Source of the DNA: Octopus sinensis
Taxonomy: Eukaryota
Assembly (NCBI RefSeq): GCF_006345805.1
Contig: NC_043003.1
Span: 59,582,001-59,646,000 of the forward strand
Length of the DNA: 64,000 bases
Direction of reading: 5' to 3'
Position 1 is the stretch's first letter, and every line of letters starts with the position of its first letter. The translations under genes were made by a program, and so were the position numbers. The notes beneath the pieces are model-generated. The model worked only from the letters and a program-made list of their open reading frames with translations. It was not told the DNA's origin and ran no database searches. Positions 39,737-53,789 of this stretch are shown here, piece by piece.

Positions 39737-39737
<1 letters not shown>

Positions 39738-39905
39738 GTTTCAAATTTTGGCAGAAGGTCAGCAATTTCGACCCAATATTCAACTGGTACATTTTTCATC
39801 GAGACCGGAAGGATGTAAGCCAAAGTTGATCTCGGCTGAATTTAAACGCAGAAAGCACTGAGCGTTTTGTCCGGCGTGCTAACGACCCTGCCAGCTCGCT
39901 GCCTT
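39737..39905 (-). mobile_element. SINE-A
   Basis: Reverse complement begins aaggcagcgagctggcagggtcgttagcacgccgg. Confidence 0.75.
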
Positions 39906-40042
39906 GGATAAGTGATGACTGAAACAAAGACGAGATATTGTTATGACTTTCTGACGATGAGTAACGAGGGAGGAGCATGTCCACATCGTGTGTGCAATTT
40001 TTCCGTGAGTTCCTCTATCGATTTTAATCTTATATATACATA

Positions 40043-40106
<64 letters not shown>

Positions 40107-40143
40107 CTTGTTTCAGTCATTACACTGCGGCAATGCTGGGGCA

Positions 40144-40198
<55 letters not shown>

Positions 40199-40592
40199 AT
40201 ATATATATATATATATATATAAATGTTTATATTATAATATATATGTACATGTATATGTGTGTGTGCACATGTTTGTGAATGGCCGCGTGTGTGTATATGT
40301 GTGTGTTTACCTAAAGAAATTTAATAAGTCACCTGACAGTATATAAAACTATTTAATTCCAATATATATATTCATGCTCAAGAACTGAATGAATTTAATA
40401 AGAGCATTTAAATCTGAAACATCATGAAAATTGTTCAAACTGAAGTCCTTCTAGAGCGACAATTTTTTTGAAATTTGAGTCAATACAGAATTACAGATAG
40501 TATTTATAGAATTTTGATTTACACTCGGGTGACTTTTGGCCAACCTTGTATATATATATATATATATTATATATATATATATACATACAAAT

Positions 40593-40682
<90 letters not shown>

Positions 40683-41947
40683 ATATGAAGAATGTACTAG
40701 AGTGGATGGAAGCGCTAATATATGATTTATAAAAACATGACATATTAATAAAAATCTGTAAGTATAAAACCATCCAGATTTCTGAGTACCTTATTTCTTC
40801 TAATATATAATACCTGTACAACACCTCCAAACCTTCTAATATATATAAATATATATATATATAAAGATAAAATAGGGAGAGAATACTGTTCTAAAGAGTC
40901 AAGGATATTCCACTACCTTAAATAATCCAAATCTCTCACTTCAGAGATTCACTTATTTTATATCGATCCAAGTTTCCATGTAGAAAAAAACGGCACTCCG
41001 ATTTTAAGAAATTTGAACTCGTATATTTACCTTCGTGAGTTTGTCTGTAAGCGTTTCTGTAAGCGAGCCTAGGTTAGCATGTGTGTGTATGCAACATCCC
41101 TGTGTCTTTTGATAATAGTTTGGCTCGTCCCTCTCTTTTGTTTTGTTTTGTTTTTTGAATTTTCTTCTGCTGGAACTAAAGTCAGTCATGTTTCAATATC
41201 CCGGCCAGCATCCAAACATTTTCGCATTTCATAGACGCAAACATCGCCGCTTTTAATAGTTATTATAAAACAATACTGTATTTGTGCACCTGCTCGTTGA
41301 CAGCCGAAATGAATCTGTCAGTATCATTAAGACAGGTCGACTGCTTTAAATGGATGACATCGTACGATGCTTCCTGTAGGATGATAGAAAATCCTTATGG
41401 TGCTGTAAATATTTAATTCAGACTGGAAATGCCATGTCTGAGTCGTGTCAGAGCGACTTGCTAGCAGGACGGTCAGGGTGGCAGCAAAATTCTTCTCAAC
41501 TCTCGTTCACATATTCAGTTCAGTCACAATCAGCAGCCGCATGCATGCCAAGGCTTGTGTCTGTTATAATCATGTTTTCGTTAACTCAACTGGGCGCTGT
41601 CACGTAAAAAATAAAGAGAGAATAAGAAAGAGTACTTGATTACACCTATTTCAACATACTATATATTTTTAACGGTTCTGAAGGGAAAACAGAAAACTTA
41701 TTCGTTTATACTGGGGAGATCGAACTCGGGAATATAAAATTTAAGCATACATTTTTTCAAGGCATTTAAACCACTCCTCCTTTGCTGTGAATTTGAATAG
41801 AACACAAAATAACATTCTTATAGCTATATTCCTTATTCAGTTTTTTTTCTGTGTTATACCAGCGGTGCTTATACTATGGGTGACTGTATAATTCTGAAAG
41901 TGACCAAAAGACAAAAATATCTTAATGTTCAGATATCTTATATATTT

Positions 41948-42161
41948 TACCTCTTACTTGCTTTAGTTATTGGACTGCGTCCATGCTGGAGTACCGCATT
42001 GAAATATTTCATTCGAACAAATCAACCCGCTACTATTTTTAAGTCTAGCACATACTCCATCTGTCAATTTTTGCCGAACCGCTAGGCTACAAGCAGGTCA
42101 TCGTTTGGCAAGCAGCGGTAGGGTCAAACACACAGACCCAACACGCACGCGCGCGCACATG

Positions 42162-42240
<79 letters not shown>

Positions 42241-42245
42241 ATATA

Positions 42246-42312
<67 letters not shown>

Positions 42313-42580
42313 TATATATATGTATGTATGTGTGTGTATACATATTTGTATGTATATATATGTATATAATATATATATATATTATATATATATATATATA
42401 ATATATATATACAAAGATAAGCTTCCACCCAACTTCCTTCTGTCAAATTCATTCAGAAGACGTTCTTTCATCTAGAACTATATCAGAAGACACTTGCCCA
42501 TGGGAATGAACTCAACATGGGACTGAACTCAAAAGCAAGTGGTTGTAAAAGCGAGCTTCTTAACTCCACAGCCGTTTCTG
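41948..42580 (-). mobile_element. SINE-B with a greatly expanded internal (ATCT)n-(AT)n tract
   Basis: Tail at 41948-42135 and head at 42420-42580 are separated by about 260 bp of microsatellite. Confidence 0.75.
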
Positions 42581-43159
42581 GTTCTACAGTTGATGAATTG
42601 TAAAATATTCCTGAATATATTATACAATAAACTATAAGGATTATTAAATCTCAGTCATCCTCCATGATAAGCATTCGATTATTTCACTCGTTGATTTATT
42701 CTTCGTAAAATTAACAAATAAACCGTTGGATATTTTTGAGATGCGTGTATTTTTAACGTAATTCCCGAACGAATCTGAGTTGCACAGAATACTAAGGCTG
42801 GACTTTAGATTAAGGCAGAATACAGAGATTGAGCGATAGAGAAGGAGAGAGAGTGTGCATGGTTTCAGAGAGCGATAGACTGATAGGTAGGGCATTTGAG
42901 ACTGGGAGAGAAAAGCAAGTGAGAGAGACTGAGAGAGAGAGAGAGAGAGGGAGAGAGAGAGAATGAGAGAGAAGAATCGACTCTTAAGCTGAGCTGGTAT
43001 TTGATCGACCTCCAAAAGATGAAAGGCAAAGTTGACCTTGGAGGCATGTGAAATCTCTCTCCCTCCCGCTCTCTCTCTCTCTTTCACACACACACACGCA
43101 CACACACGCACACACGCACGCACACACACACACACACACACACATACGCACGCATATAC

Positions 43160-43312
43160 TCGACGGGCATCTTTCAGTTTCTGACCAACAAATCCACCCA
43201 AAAATTTTGATCGACCCGAAGCTATAGCAGAAGATACTTGCCCAAGGTGCAACGTATTGGGGCTGAACCCGGAGACAAGTGGTTATGAAGCAAACGTCTT
43301 AGCGCACAACCA
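43160..43312 (-). mobile_element. SINE-B, head fragment
   Basis: cgacgggcatctttcagtttc...cttgcccaagg...gaacccgg matches family B. Confidence 0.7.
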
Positions 43313-44949
43313 CGAACGTATGTGTGTGTGTGCATGTATGTGTGTTATTAATAACGTGCAAAAGTTGGAGAGTGGCTCAGGAACCGAGAGTTTCGCCCGT
43401 TGGCACTAATACCTGCCAGCGTCACTCCAAAACTTTTGCCAGTTATGAATGATAAAAAAATTATATGTTTGGGTTCCCTGTTCCTGTTTCCACCACCACA
43501 TCCATATATACATATATACATACATACATGTGTGTATGCATGTATGTATGTATGTATGTATGTATGTATGCATGTATGTATATTTGTATGTATGTGAGTA
43601 TGTATTTCTAATGACTGATCATTTTCATTTTTACACAGATACATCTGAAAATTAAATTACTTAAGTTTCTCCTCAAACTTACAAATTCTCTTAAATATTT
43701 TCACAGTAGATATGTGAAATAAATAAATAATATATAAATGAATAAATAAATAAATAATAATAAATAAATCCTGCGAAATATTTAAGAAATCGCATGCACA
43801 CGGAAACACACATGCATATGTATACATACACACTCATGGGAAAATAAAGTTATGTATGTATGTATGTACATATATATGTATATATGTACGTATGTATGTA
43901 TGCACTATGTATGTATGTTTGTACTACGTACGAACGTACGTATGTATGTAGGTCTGTATGTACTTATGTATGCATGTACGTATGCATGTATGCAAATATA
44001 TGTACGTATGTATGTACGTAGTACTATGTATGTATGTATGTAAGTCTGTCTGTCCGTCTGTTCGTCTGTCTGCATGTATGTATGTATGTATGTATGTATG
44101 TATGTATGTATGTATGTATGTATGTATGTATGCATGTATGTGAGGTGCGCGTAAACGCATGTTTGTGTATGATAGTATATTCGTCCCAATAATTTTAATC
44201 TTGAAAAGATACATTAAACTCTGCTTCAAATGCTAACGTATTTTGATATTCCAATATTTCTCTCAAAAAATACTTTACTTCATTTAGTGGAAAATGGTTT
44301 CATGTTCTGTTTCTACGAGCAAGAAAAAGTATGTGAAAACTTTTGCTTTCCTTGTATTTGTTTTTACTTATCCCAGACTAACACTCCACTGGATTTAATA
44401 CCACCAAACACCACCAGTTGTTCTTTTGATAATTTTAGCAGGATTTACTCTTTAGTAAAATTCGAAACAGACTATCGATTTTTTTCTATACCTCCGTTTT
44501 TTACTGCGGTTATTGATCGGCAAAAATTCAGACTGCCATGGGTCACGATGATCTCACTAGTTTTCGAGAGGTGAAAGCGTTAAATTCATGGAATCGTTAG
44601 AGAAATGGACAGAGTTCTTCGAGTTTATTTTATTCTGAGGTGAACATTGACTTCCATCCCTTCAACGTCGATAAAATCTGAGAATTCAGAGTGTTGGAAA
44701 ATATGCCCTGTCATATTTGGTCGCTGGGTTTTGATAACCACGCCTGTAATTCGACTGATTTTAACCTATATCGGCCGAAGATGGGGACGCTACACTTTAG
44801 ATGTATGTATGATGTGGAGAAATAAATTTTACATACAGGAGTACCTTTTACTCTTCACTTCTTACGTGGGCCTGCCTGTACAAGTGAAGATACATTATCT
44901 GAGAAGATATACAAATTCACTGCGCACTGCTCTTTTTTCTGATTATTCC

Positions 44950-45110
44950 TTTATTCTTTTACTTGTTTCAATAATTTGACTGAGGCCATGCTGGAGCACC
45001 GTCATTAGTCGAGCAAATGGACCTCAGGACTTATTCTTTGTAAGCTTAGTACTTATTCTATCGGTCCCTTTTGCCGATGTTGGGGGGACAAACAGAGATA
45101 CACGCACACA

Positions 45111-45209
<99 letters not shown>

Positions 45210-45356
45210 GTACAACGGGCTTCTTTCAGTTTCCGTCTACCAAATCCACTCACAAGGCTTTGGTTGGCCCGAGGCTACGGTAGAAGACACCTGCCCAGGC
45301 TGCAGTGGGACGGAACTTGGGACCATGTGGTTGGTAAGCAAGCTACTTACCACACA
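44950..45356 (-). mobile_element. SINE-B, near full length
   Basis: Collinear with the reverse complement of 61141-61556, with an internal deletion and about 100 bp of (TA)n. Confidence 0.85.
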
Positions 45357-46611
45357 TTCACGAAGAAGCTGTTGTTATTTGTTATTTGTTTTTTGCTTGT
45401 ACGTTAGCATATTGCAAATTCAAAATGTATATCTCTGGCAGACATGCTCGAATGAATTATGAGTGTGAACCTAAGTTATTAATCACATGACCATCTATAG
45501 TTAGACATCTTGTGATCTTGTGCCAACGAGTAAAAGAGATATGCATAAACTTTCAAACACTCTCTATTATATGCCAAAAAGTTCAGAATAGAAAATAAAC
45601 AGACATAATTTCGTAAAACAGAAAGTCGTGCTTCGAATGAAATATATGTACTTGTATTGTGTGGGAGTTATTATGTACGAGTGTATATATGGGTGTATGT
45701 GTGTGTGAGAGAAAGAGTGAGAGGAAGGGGGTATATTTGTAGCTTATATGATGGTGAACGTACTTGCGATTGTTAGTGTGTAGGTTTGATATAAACTATA
45801 CATCGACATAGAAATATTTACAAAAATATGTTTTTTATGTAATTATAATATACAAGGTGAGCATTTTTGCATCCGCTATTATGCATGTGTTTCTTGTGTG
45901 CGTGTATATATACGCTCGTGTATATGTGATACGCGTGTTTATGTTCGCGTGAAGTTGTACCCGATCTTAAGAATGTAGTTGTTAGATATTAAATATATAA
46001 TTTGAAAACTTCATTTTTTTTTTTATGTCAGAAAATTTCTGCCATGATATTATTGTCATGAAGCCAGTGAAATGCTAAAATGCTAAGATTTGGCTTCCAG
46101 TTAACATATAAATAAATAGTGCTTTCTTTTCTAATATTCAAAAGCGTAATGACAAATCTATTAAGATCCCTATTCCATCTTTACTGAAAATTATGTCTTA
46201 ATGTCACGCACCAACATGTATGTTAGATGCATAAAACATAGTTGTTATCTGTTTGTCTTTTGCTTCATGATATTTTTTATTATTTTAGGGATCCTTTTGC
46301 TCTGAGGGATTTTTGCACCTCTGTTTATTTCATTTTATTTTATATATTTATTTTTGGTAAAAAAAAAAGTATTCGGCTGGAAGGTTTTTTAATTTTTTTC
46401 ATAGGGTAGGGGATATATGCCAAAGCGAAAAAAACGTTTCGATGTTATTTTAGTCTCCTCAGCATATTTTCTAACAGCCTATTGTTCTTTATCTAAATAT
46501 ATCTGATATATTTGTGTGTGTGTGTGTGTGAGTGAGTGAGTGAGTGTATTTTACACACACACACAGACACAAGCACACATAAAATATGAACATATATATA
46601 TATATATGTTC

Positions 46612-46680
<69 letters not shown>

Positions 46681-46816
46681 CACGCATATCATGCAAACTT
46701 GAACTTATCTAACATGAAATCAATATATATATAAAATGCAATTTAGTACATTAAACTTGGATTATGTTGATATATATGTCTATCTATACATACACACATA
46801 TATATATATATATATA

Positions 46817-47378
46817 TAGAAAGTTCAGCATGCGGCAAAGCAATCCAATTGACTAAGCCCTAATTATATAATATTTTATACATACATACACATACATACA
46901 CACATACATATACACATACATATGCATACACACATGATACACATATACAAGCGTGCACATACAATATGTGAGAGGTCTTAGGAGAAAAGGTAATCGGGGG
47001 TGCTAGGGGAACGGTGGGTTTGGGTGGGGGGGGTGTCATTAATCTGGTTGCCGGGTAGGTCTATAGTTCTTGTAGTTCGCATACTTCTTATGCATACAAT
47101 TTGGGGAGTGTTCTGAGATTTTGTTAAGGAGAGGGCCTTTGGCGAACAAGATCTCTAGGCTCTCCGATATGCAGAGGTCACAGCAGGTATGGCCTCCTGT
47201 GTACGAGCGCGCCTTCTGTAGTAGTTTCCACTTGGTCTTGAAGGGGATGGAGTTCCTTTTAAGGTACCAGATGTGGGCGGCGAGGGTAGTTTCGTTGGAT
47301 TTATCCTGTCGCCGGAACGAGTGTGTGTGTGCGTACCAACGGGTCTTAAAGCTGTTTGACGTCATTCCTATGTAGGAT
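46817..47378 (-). repeat. Inverted pseudo-LTR arm (562 bp) of the PLE
   Basis: Identical by eye to 48636-49196 except G8 vs C7 in one homopolymer; the ORF track shows an identical 108-aa EN peptide on both strands. Confidence 0.95.
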
Positions 47379-48975
47379 AGACCACAAAGACCATTTCGAA
47401 AATAAACCGTCGGTCCGTTTGATTAACCCAACCAAGTCTGACATCGGATCCGTCAGCAAGAAGATCCTGGACAGGATTTTACCAAAAATGCGTGAAGCTT
47501 CACCCCTTCCACTCTGGAATAGGACCTCCGAGGCAATAACCTGGTTCCGGGATTTACCTGATAAAAGCAACACCCGATTCCTACAACTGGATATCGAGGA
47601 TTACTACGCCTCCATATCGGAGAGCTTGCTGATCGACGCGATTAACTTCGCCAGGAGGTCTTCCACCATCACCGAGGCCGAGCAAGATGTGATCCTCCAC
47701 GCACGTAAGACTTTTCTTTTCTATGACGGATCCCACTGGATCAACAAAAAATCTGTGACCCCCTTCGACGTCAGCATGGGCGCTAACGACTCTGCTGAAA
47801 TAAGTGACCTAGTGGGCCTTTTCATCCTCCATAGGCTGAAAACCCTATTCACAGGCCTCTCCGGTGGTCTTTACCGAGATGACGGCCTTTTCGCCCTCCA
47901 CAAAATAAACCCCAGGACCACGGATGGGTTCCGGAAGAATCTTTACACCTTCTTTAAAAACTTAGGTCTTAGGATTACCTTAGAATCCAACTTAACTAAA
48001 GCTAACTTCCTTGATGTCACCCTCGACTTAAAAACCTCACTTTATTACCCGTACCACAAACCGAATGAATCCCTTAAATATATAGATATTAATTCCAACC
48101 ACCCCAAAAATATATTAGATAACCTAGTAAAAAGTGTCTCAATTAGAATTTCTAGCCTGTCCGCCTCGGAAGATATTTTTAAGGCCGCAGCCCCCTATTA
48201 CAACGAGGCCCTGGCCCGCAGTGGCTTCAAAGATAAGATTACCTATACTAGTATAGCCCCACGCCAACCCAGGAAAAATAGACGAAGACACATTAGCTGG
48301 TACAACCCCCCCTTCAACCGTGAGGTCGCTACACCTGTAGCAAAAATCTTCTTCACTCTCCTACAGAAACACTTCCCCACCCAACATAAGTACCACACTA
48401 TCCTAAATAAGAACACTATTAGACTCTCCTACTCTACCACGCCCAATCTAGCCAGGAACCTAGCCAACAACAATGTGAAAAAACTTAACATATCTACTTT
48501 TTCCGAGGCCCATCCAACGTCCGATAGCAATTGCAACTGCCCTGATAAAACCACCTGCCCCCTCAACAACAACTGCCTACAGAGGGACCTAGTATATACA
48601 TGCGAGGTAAGATCAGGCCCTGACGATAAAAGAAAATCCTACATAGGAATGACGTCAAACAGCTTTAAGACCCGTTGGTACGCACACACACACTCGTTCC
48701 GGCGACAGGATAAATCCAACGAAACTACCCTCGCCGCCCACATCTGGTACCTTAAAAGGAACTCCATCCCCTTCAAGACCAAGTGGAAACTACTACAGAA
48801 GGCGCGCTCGTACACAGGAGGCCATACCTGCTGTGACCTCTGCATATCGGAGAGCCTAGAGATCTTGTTCGCCAAAGGCCCTCTCCTTAACAAAATCTCA
48901 GAACACTCCCCAAATTGTATGCATAAGAAGTATGCGAACTACAAGAACTATAGACCTACCCGGCAACCAGATTAA
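47356..48975 (+). CDS. PLE reverse transcriptase-GIY-YIG endonuclease (N-terminally truncated; genuine frame starts at about 47379)
   Basis: DHK..F.NKP..RLINP.KS, FLQLDIEDYY, MGANDSAEISDLVG, GLYRDDGL, NFLDVTLDL, WYNPPF, linker CNCPDKTTCPLNNNC, LVY...SYIGMT...FKTRW, CDLC...CMH. The first ~8 residues derive from the inverted arm. Confidence 0.9.
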   Translation: MTSFLCRIDHKDHFENKPSVRLINPTKSDIGSVSKKILDRILPKMREASPLPLWNRTSEAITWFRDLPDKSNTRFLQLDIEDYYASISESLLIDAINFARRSSTITEAEQDVILHARKTFLFYDGSHWINKKSVTPFDVSMGANDSAEISDLVGLFILHRLKTLFTGLSGGLYRDDGLFALHKINPRTTDGFRKNLYTFFKNLGLRITLESNLTKANFLDVTLDLKTSLYYPYHKPNESLKYIDINSNHPKNILDNLVKSVSIRISSLSASEDIFKAAAPYYNEALARSGFKDKITYTSIAPRQPRKNRRRHISWYNPPFNREVATPVAKIFFTLLQKHFPTQHKYHTILNKNTIRLSYSTTPNLARNLANNNVKKLNISTFSEAHPTSDSNCNCPDKTTCPLNNNCLQRDLVYTCEVRSGPDDKRKSYIGMTSNSFKTRWYAHTHSFRRQDKSNETTLAAHIWYLKRNSIPFKTKWKLLQKARSYTGGHTCCDLCISESLEILFAKGPLLNKISEHSPNCMHKKYANYKNYRPTRQPD

Positions 48976-49293
48976 TGACACCCCCCCACCCAAACCCACC
49001 GTTCCCCTAGCACCCCCGATTACCTTTTCTCCTAAGACCTCTCACATATTGTATGTGCACGCTTGTATATGTGTATCATGTGTGTATGCATATGTATGTG
49101 TATATGTATGTGTGTATGTATGTGTATGTATGTATAAAATATTATATAATTAGGGCTTAGTCAATTGGATTGCTTTGCCGCATGCTGAACTTTCTAGAAA
49201 TAGCAGCCAAAAAAGTTTTTTAGCCTCTTCCACTACTTAGAGAATATTTTCCCTCAGACATTGTTTACTCATAAAAATAATGGTCCTTTTACA

Positions 49294-49331
<38 letters not shown>

Positions 49332-50516
49332 TATATATATGTATGTATATGTGCGTCTGTGTACACATTCTCACTCCCACACTATCTCTCTCTTTATATA
49401 TGTTTGTGCGTGTGTACGCACACACAAATATAAATACTTGTAGTTTTGGTCCGTATACTGATTTATTACCAATAGAAATCACCATAAGTGAGTTGAGATG
49501 ATTATAATATGCCGTAAGCATTCGGACCAGGTCTCCGCTCTGAGGGTGCTATCCTCTCTCTTTCTCTCTTTCGCTCTCTCTCTCTCACCCTCTTTTTATC
49601 GCTCCCTCTATCTCTCCCCTCCTCCCCCCTCTCTTTCATCAGTTTCTGAGGCACTGTAAATTGTTATGGTCAATTGTACACACGCATAGGTATGTATGTG
49701 TGTGTGTGTAAAAAATTTTACTATATTTTGCTTAAAACATGTCCGTGTTCAAATTTGTGCAGTGTAGGGACCGACATGTCAAAGAACAGACCCAACGTTT
49801 CCTCTGGGTGTCGTAAAAAGTGACTAGAAGCGGTTAGGTTAGGATTTGCACTCTGACATGGAAAAACTCTCTCCATCAACGACTACCCAAATGAACCCAT
49901 ATGTTACGGGGCTGTCCCCTAATTGGTACAAAAGTGCCGTCCACCAGATGTAGGAAAATGGTGGATGCGTTGACGCACTGTTACAGCGTATGCCCCCATT
50001 GTACTTCCGCTTTGTCCAATTTACTAATTTGCTAATCATCATATATTTCATTTTAAAGTTGTTTGTATTCAATTCTTTAAAAATGTATTTCATACCTTGA
50101 TATTATGTGATATGTAAGCTTACATCGTCTAAATGAATTTGTGATAATGGCACTCTTAACGGCATGCTTTCGTACAATTATCCTCACCGGATTAATTACA
50201 GCTATAGTATTAAATTTTAGTTTGCTGTTTTCTTTCAAAAATAATCTATATACATGTTGGTTTTAGTATGCATTATCCTATTAGAAGAGATAGTATAGGT
50301 AATTTATTAGATTAGTTTTCGGAGAATTCCATATACGATGATTGCATAATAAACTATTATTTTCTACCAGCTTTCGCTTTTGTGTTCTGCTACATATCTG
50401 CAGCAGTAAACCCTTGTAGTAGATGCATTGTCAATCGCATTGTCTAAGTTTTGTACGTCTATCTTCGATGAAAGCGTTTCAGTCCTAAGACTTAAAATAG
50501 TTACGTTTACATTGAA

Positions 50517-50732
50517 ACTCTTACTCTCTTTTTACTTGTTTCAATCATTTGACTGCGGCCATGCTGAAGCATCGCCTTTAGTCGTGCAAATCGATCCCAG
50601 GACGTATTCTTTGTAAGCCTAGTGCTTTTTCTATCGGTCTCTTTTGGCGAACCGCTATGTTACGAGGACGTAAACACACCAGCATCGGTTGTCAAGCGAT
50701 GCTGGCGGACAAACACAGACACAGAAACATAT

Positions 50733-50786
<54 letters not shown>

Positions 50787-50948
50787 GACGGGCTTCTTTT
50801 AGTTTCCGTCTAGCAAATCATTTCACAAGGCTTTGGTCGGCCCGATGCTATAGTAGAAGACAGTTGCCTATGGTTTCACGCAGTGGGACTGAACCCAAAA
50901 CAATGTGGTTGGTAAGCATACTACTTACCACACAGCCACTCCTGCGCC
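50517..50948 (-). mobile_element. SINE-B, full length
   Basis: Reverse complement begins ggcgcaggagtggctgtgtggtaag and is collinear with 61141-61556. Confidence 0.9.
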
Positions 50949-51039
50949 TATAATCTGAAATATATTCGTGGCTAGCACCTTTGTGGTTTCTTGTCGGCGA
51001 CAATGCTTCTTTACTACTTATGCTTTTAACGTTTAACCT

Positions 51040-51395
51040 TTACGTTTTTCAGTCATTACACTGCAGACTTGCTGGGGCACTACCTGGAAGGTTTTAGTGG
51101 AATGAATCGGCTCCAGGACTTTAAAGCCTGGTATTTATTCTATCGGTCACTTTTTACACACGGAATTACGGGGACGTAAACACACCAACACCATTTGTCA
51201 ATAGGTGATGGGGTACAAATAGTGACACAGAGATACACGTACATAGATAAATATACATACGGTGGGCTTCTTTCAGCTTGCGTCCATGAAATTCCCTCAC
51301 AGGGCTTTGGTCGGCCCGAGGCAATAGTAGAAGTCACTTGCTTAAGATGTCACGCAGTGGGACTGAACCCAAAGCCATGTGGTTGAGAAACGACT
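51040..51395 (-). mobile_element. SINE-B, diverged
   Basis: Tail ttcagtcattacactgc and head cagtgggactgaaccc recognisable. Confidence 0.8.
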
Positions 51396-51559
51396 TTATT
51401 TTTTCTAGCTGTATTTTATAGATAATGTGTTATATGATGGATTTTATAGCATTTTCATTCCCTCTACGTATAAAGTGCACTGAATTCATATAGTATACGT
51501 GTTGTGTGTGTTTTACTGTGGTGCAAATCATTTTCTTTTGTTATTTAATTCTTCTGCAA

Positions 51560-51790
51560 CATGAATTCGCTGTATACATCACCAACTGAATTGGCTCAGT
51601 CAAGTAGGTATGCGTGACCAGCGTATTCTTTGTAAGATCCTGTATGGCCAGCTACACCAAAGTAAACACACGGCTAGAGATCTAGAGAAGTCTATCTAAA
51701 GTACAACCTAAAAGGGAGTAATCACCCAAAACTTGGAAGCATCCTTTCTCTGAAACACTCATCGTTCGGTGACGAATATTCAGTTGTTAA
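51560..51790 (+). pseudogene. RTE-clade LINE C-terminal fragment
   Basis: HQLNWLSQVGMRDQRILCKILYGQL resembles the RTE motif QLRWxGHVxRMxxxRIPKxLLYGEL. Confidence 0.6.
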
Positions 51791-53789
51791 ATCAAACAAA
51801 TAATCTGCTTCTGATATTACGTGTAAGTGGTGGAGTATTCCATAATCACGTGTATCCTTAGCGTAGTTTTCGAGTAGTATCAATGATACAGTGTGCGACA
51901 AGGCTGTGCTTTTGAGTTGCAGGTACAACGGCCACAGAACTATTAGTGGAATACAAAGCGAGATATGTAGGCAGATCTTCCGGGAAAATGTACGTCTCCA
52001 GTCGGTGCCTGAAAATGCTTATAAAGAGTAGCTAACGGCATTTATCAAGGGATCGACAAATGAAGTAGATGCTTATCATCGGGTTCCGTGGACAACCATA
52101 ACCAAGCGAGTATATACATACATGAAGAGATAGAAAGAGAGAGAGAGTGTGTGAGAATGAGAGGGAGAGAGACAAACAGAGCACTTGAAAATTATGTTAT
52201 AAATGGAGCAATGAAAACTGAGGTGTATTCTAATGTCGCGGGAAACCCAAACAACCATTATTCAGATGTAAAAGTCAAAACCTTGAATGGTGTAAAAATA
52301 CTATGAAATGGACTAATTGCATGGGTGTGGGTAATTTTTTAAGCAAAACGTACTTGTTTTAATGAAAATATCCTCTTATAAAAAAAAAAGAAAAAAAACC
52401 ACCGACAATTGTTGGCGACTCTCGAAGAGGAGAGAGAACTTTCAGAAGTTAAGAAAGTCACTAGATAGATTTCAATAATGTGGGCAGACTGGTGATTTTC
52501 TGCTAGCGGAACGTAAACTGGGAATTGATCAACTCCAACTCAATAAACTGGGTGAAGTGGTTTGGTTTTGAAAGACCCAAAGCTCATTGCTGATGTTTTA
52601 TCCCTGGGTAGCCATTAGATGTACCTCGGAACAAATATAAATTTATCCAAAATAGCCCATTTGATTTATTTCACATTTTATTTTATTTTATTTTATTTAC
52701 TTATGCAAAAATATACTGAGTACAAATTATTCGTATCTAATTTTAAATTAATTCGTAAAATTCTAAGGGATGCCTAAAAGCCCGAATCGTGTTTTTAGTT
52801 AACCCTTACCTACAAAGATCAGTCCTTCCTTCCTCTGAGAATATCAAGTGAATCTGAGATTAATTTTAAAATCTTTAATATTATCTCCCTGTTCTTCGAG
52901 AGCCATAATTGCTTCAACTTTGTAGGTTTTGTTTCTCTAACAGGGAAGTTTCAATTAAATTTTTTTCTTCTTTTGCATGACATTTCGTACATTACCACTT
53001 AACTCATGCAAATTCATGCCATTAGCCCATTTGCATTACTTCCCTTGGCTCTTCACACGCAGACATATATATATAAATATGTGTGTGTGTGTATATATAT
53101 ATATATATCATGTATGTCCTTATTCATTAAGTTCATCTTTGTGATTCATCATGCATTTGATAGAGAAAGTTTGGACTTAGAACGGTGAACGAAGTTTATA
53201 ATCTGATTTGGGGGATCGTGATATTACTAAAAAAGATTCTTTCTGAGGAGATTTTGCATATCGCTTATGAAATAACGTGATCGCTTTGACTACTAATATA
53301 TATTCTTAGGCTATTCCTGCTTTTCCATTTCAAAGTTTCATGAAGTAAATTTTTATTTATTCATTTATATGTTATATATATTTATTTCCTCTACTTTTAT
53401 CCTATCGATTGTTTATCTATTTTATCGTGTATTTCACCATATTTTACAACTGCATGTTTATTAATTCGTGTTACTAAGTCGAGTGACATTTCCTAAAGAC
53501 ATTTTGTAATGAGTTCATTAACTTCACATACTCATTGCGTTTTCATGCAAAATTCTGGTTCGATTCCGACGAAAATAATTTTTAATGAACTTCTTCACGC
53601 TTAATGTTTTACAAATCAGTATTTTTCACATTCACTTGGAGGAATGCAAAGAGTAATGAGGAATTTAATTCTTATACACACTTCTGTGTAAAACCAAAGA
53701 ATATAAAATGATTGGAAAAATAAATAAATAAAGCGAAACAATAATCAACTAATATACATTAAATAAATACGTGAATGCACGATTTTCAT

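Larger units (their letters stand above)
46817..49196 (+). mobile_element. Young Penelope-like retroelement (C-terminal GIY-YIG; probably Hydra-like clade), 5'-truncated with an inverted pseudo-LTR
   Basis: RT+EN ORF; 46817-47378 is the reverse complement of 48636-49196; left end lies in (TA)n; visibly more GC-rich than the flanks. Confidence 0.95.

Noticed and set aside
42644-43252. 202-aa minus-strand ORF
   Set aside because: Starts inside a SINE-B head and runs through (GT)n and (CT)n tracts; no recognisable domain.
47356-48975. Possibility of a selenoprotein-type or N-terminal-EN (Naiad-like) PLE
   Set aside because: The EN is C-terminal and the frame has no internal TGA.
48976-49296. 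Search for a hammerhead in the young PLE 3' region
   Set aside because: No CUGANGA...GAAA arrangement found on either strand; the A6/T6 hairpin at about 49205-49230 lacks the core.
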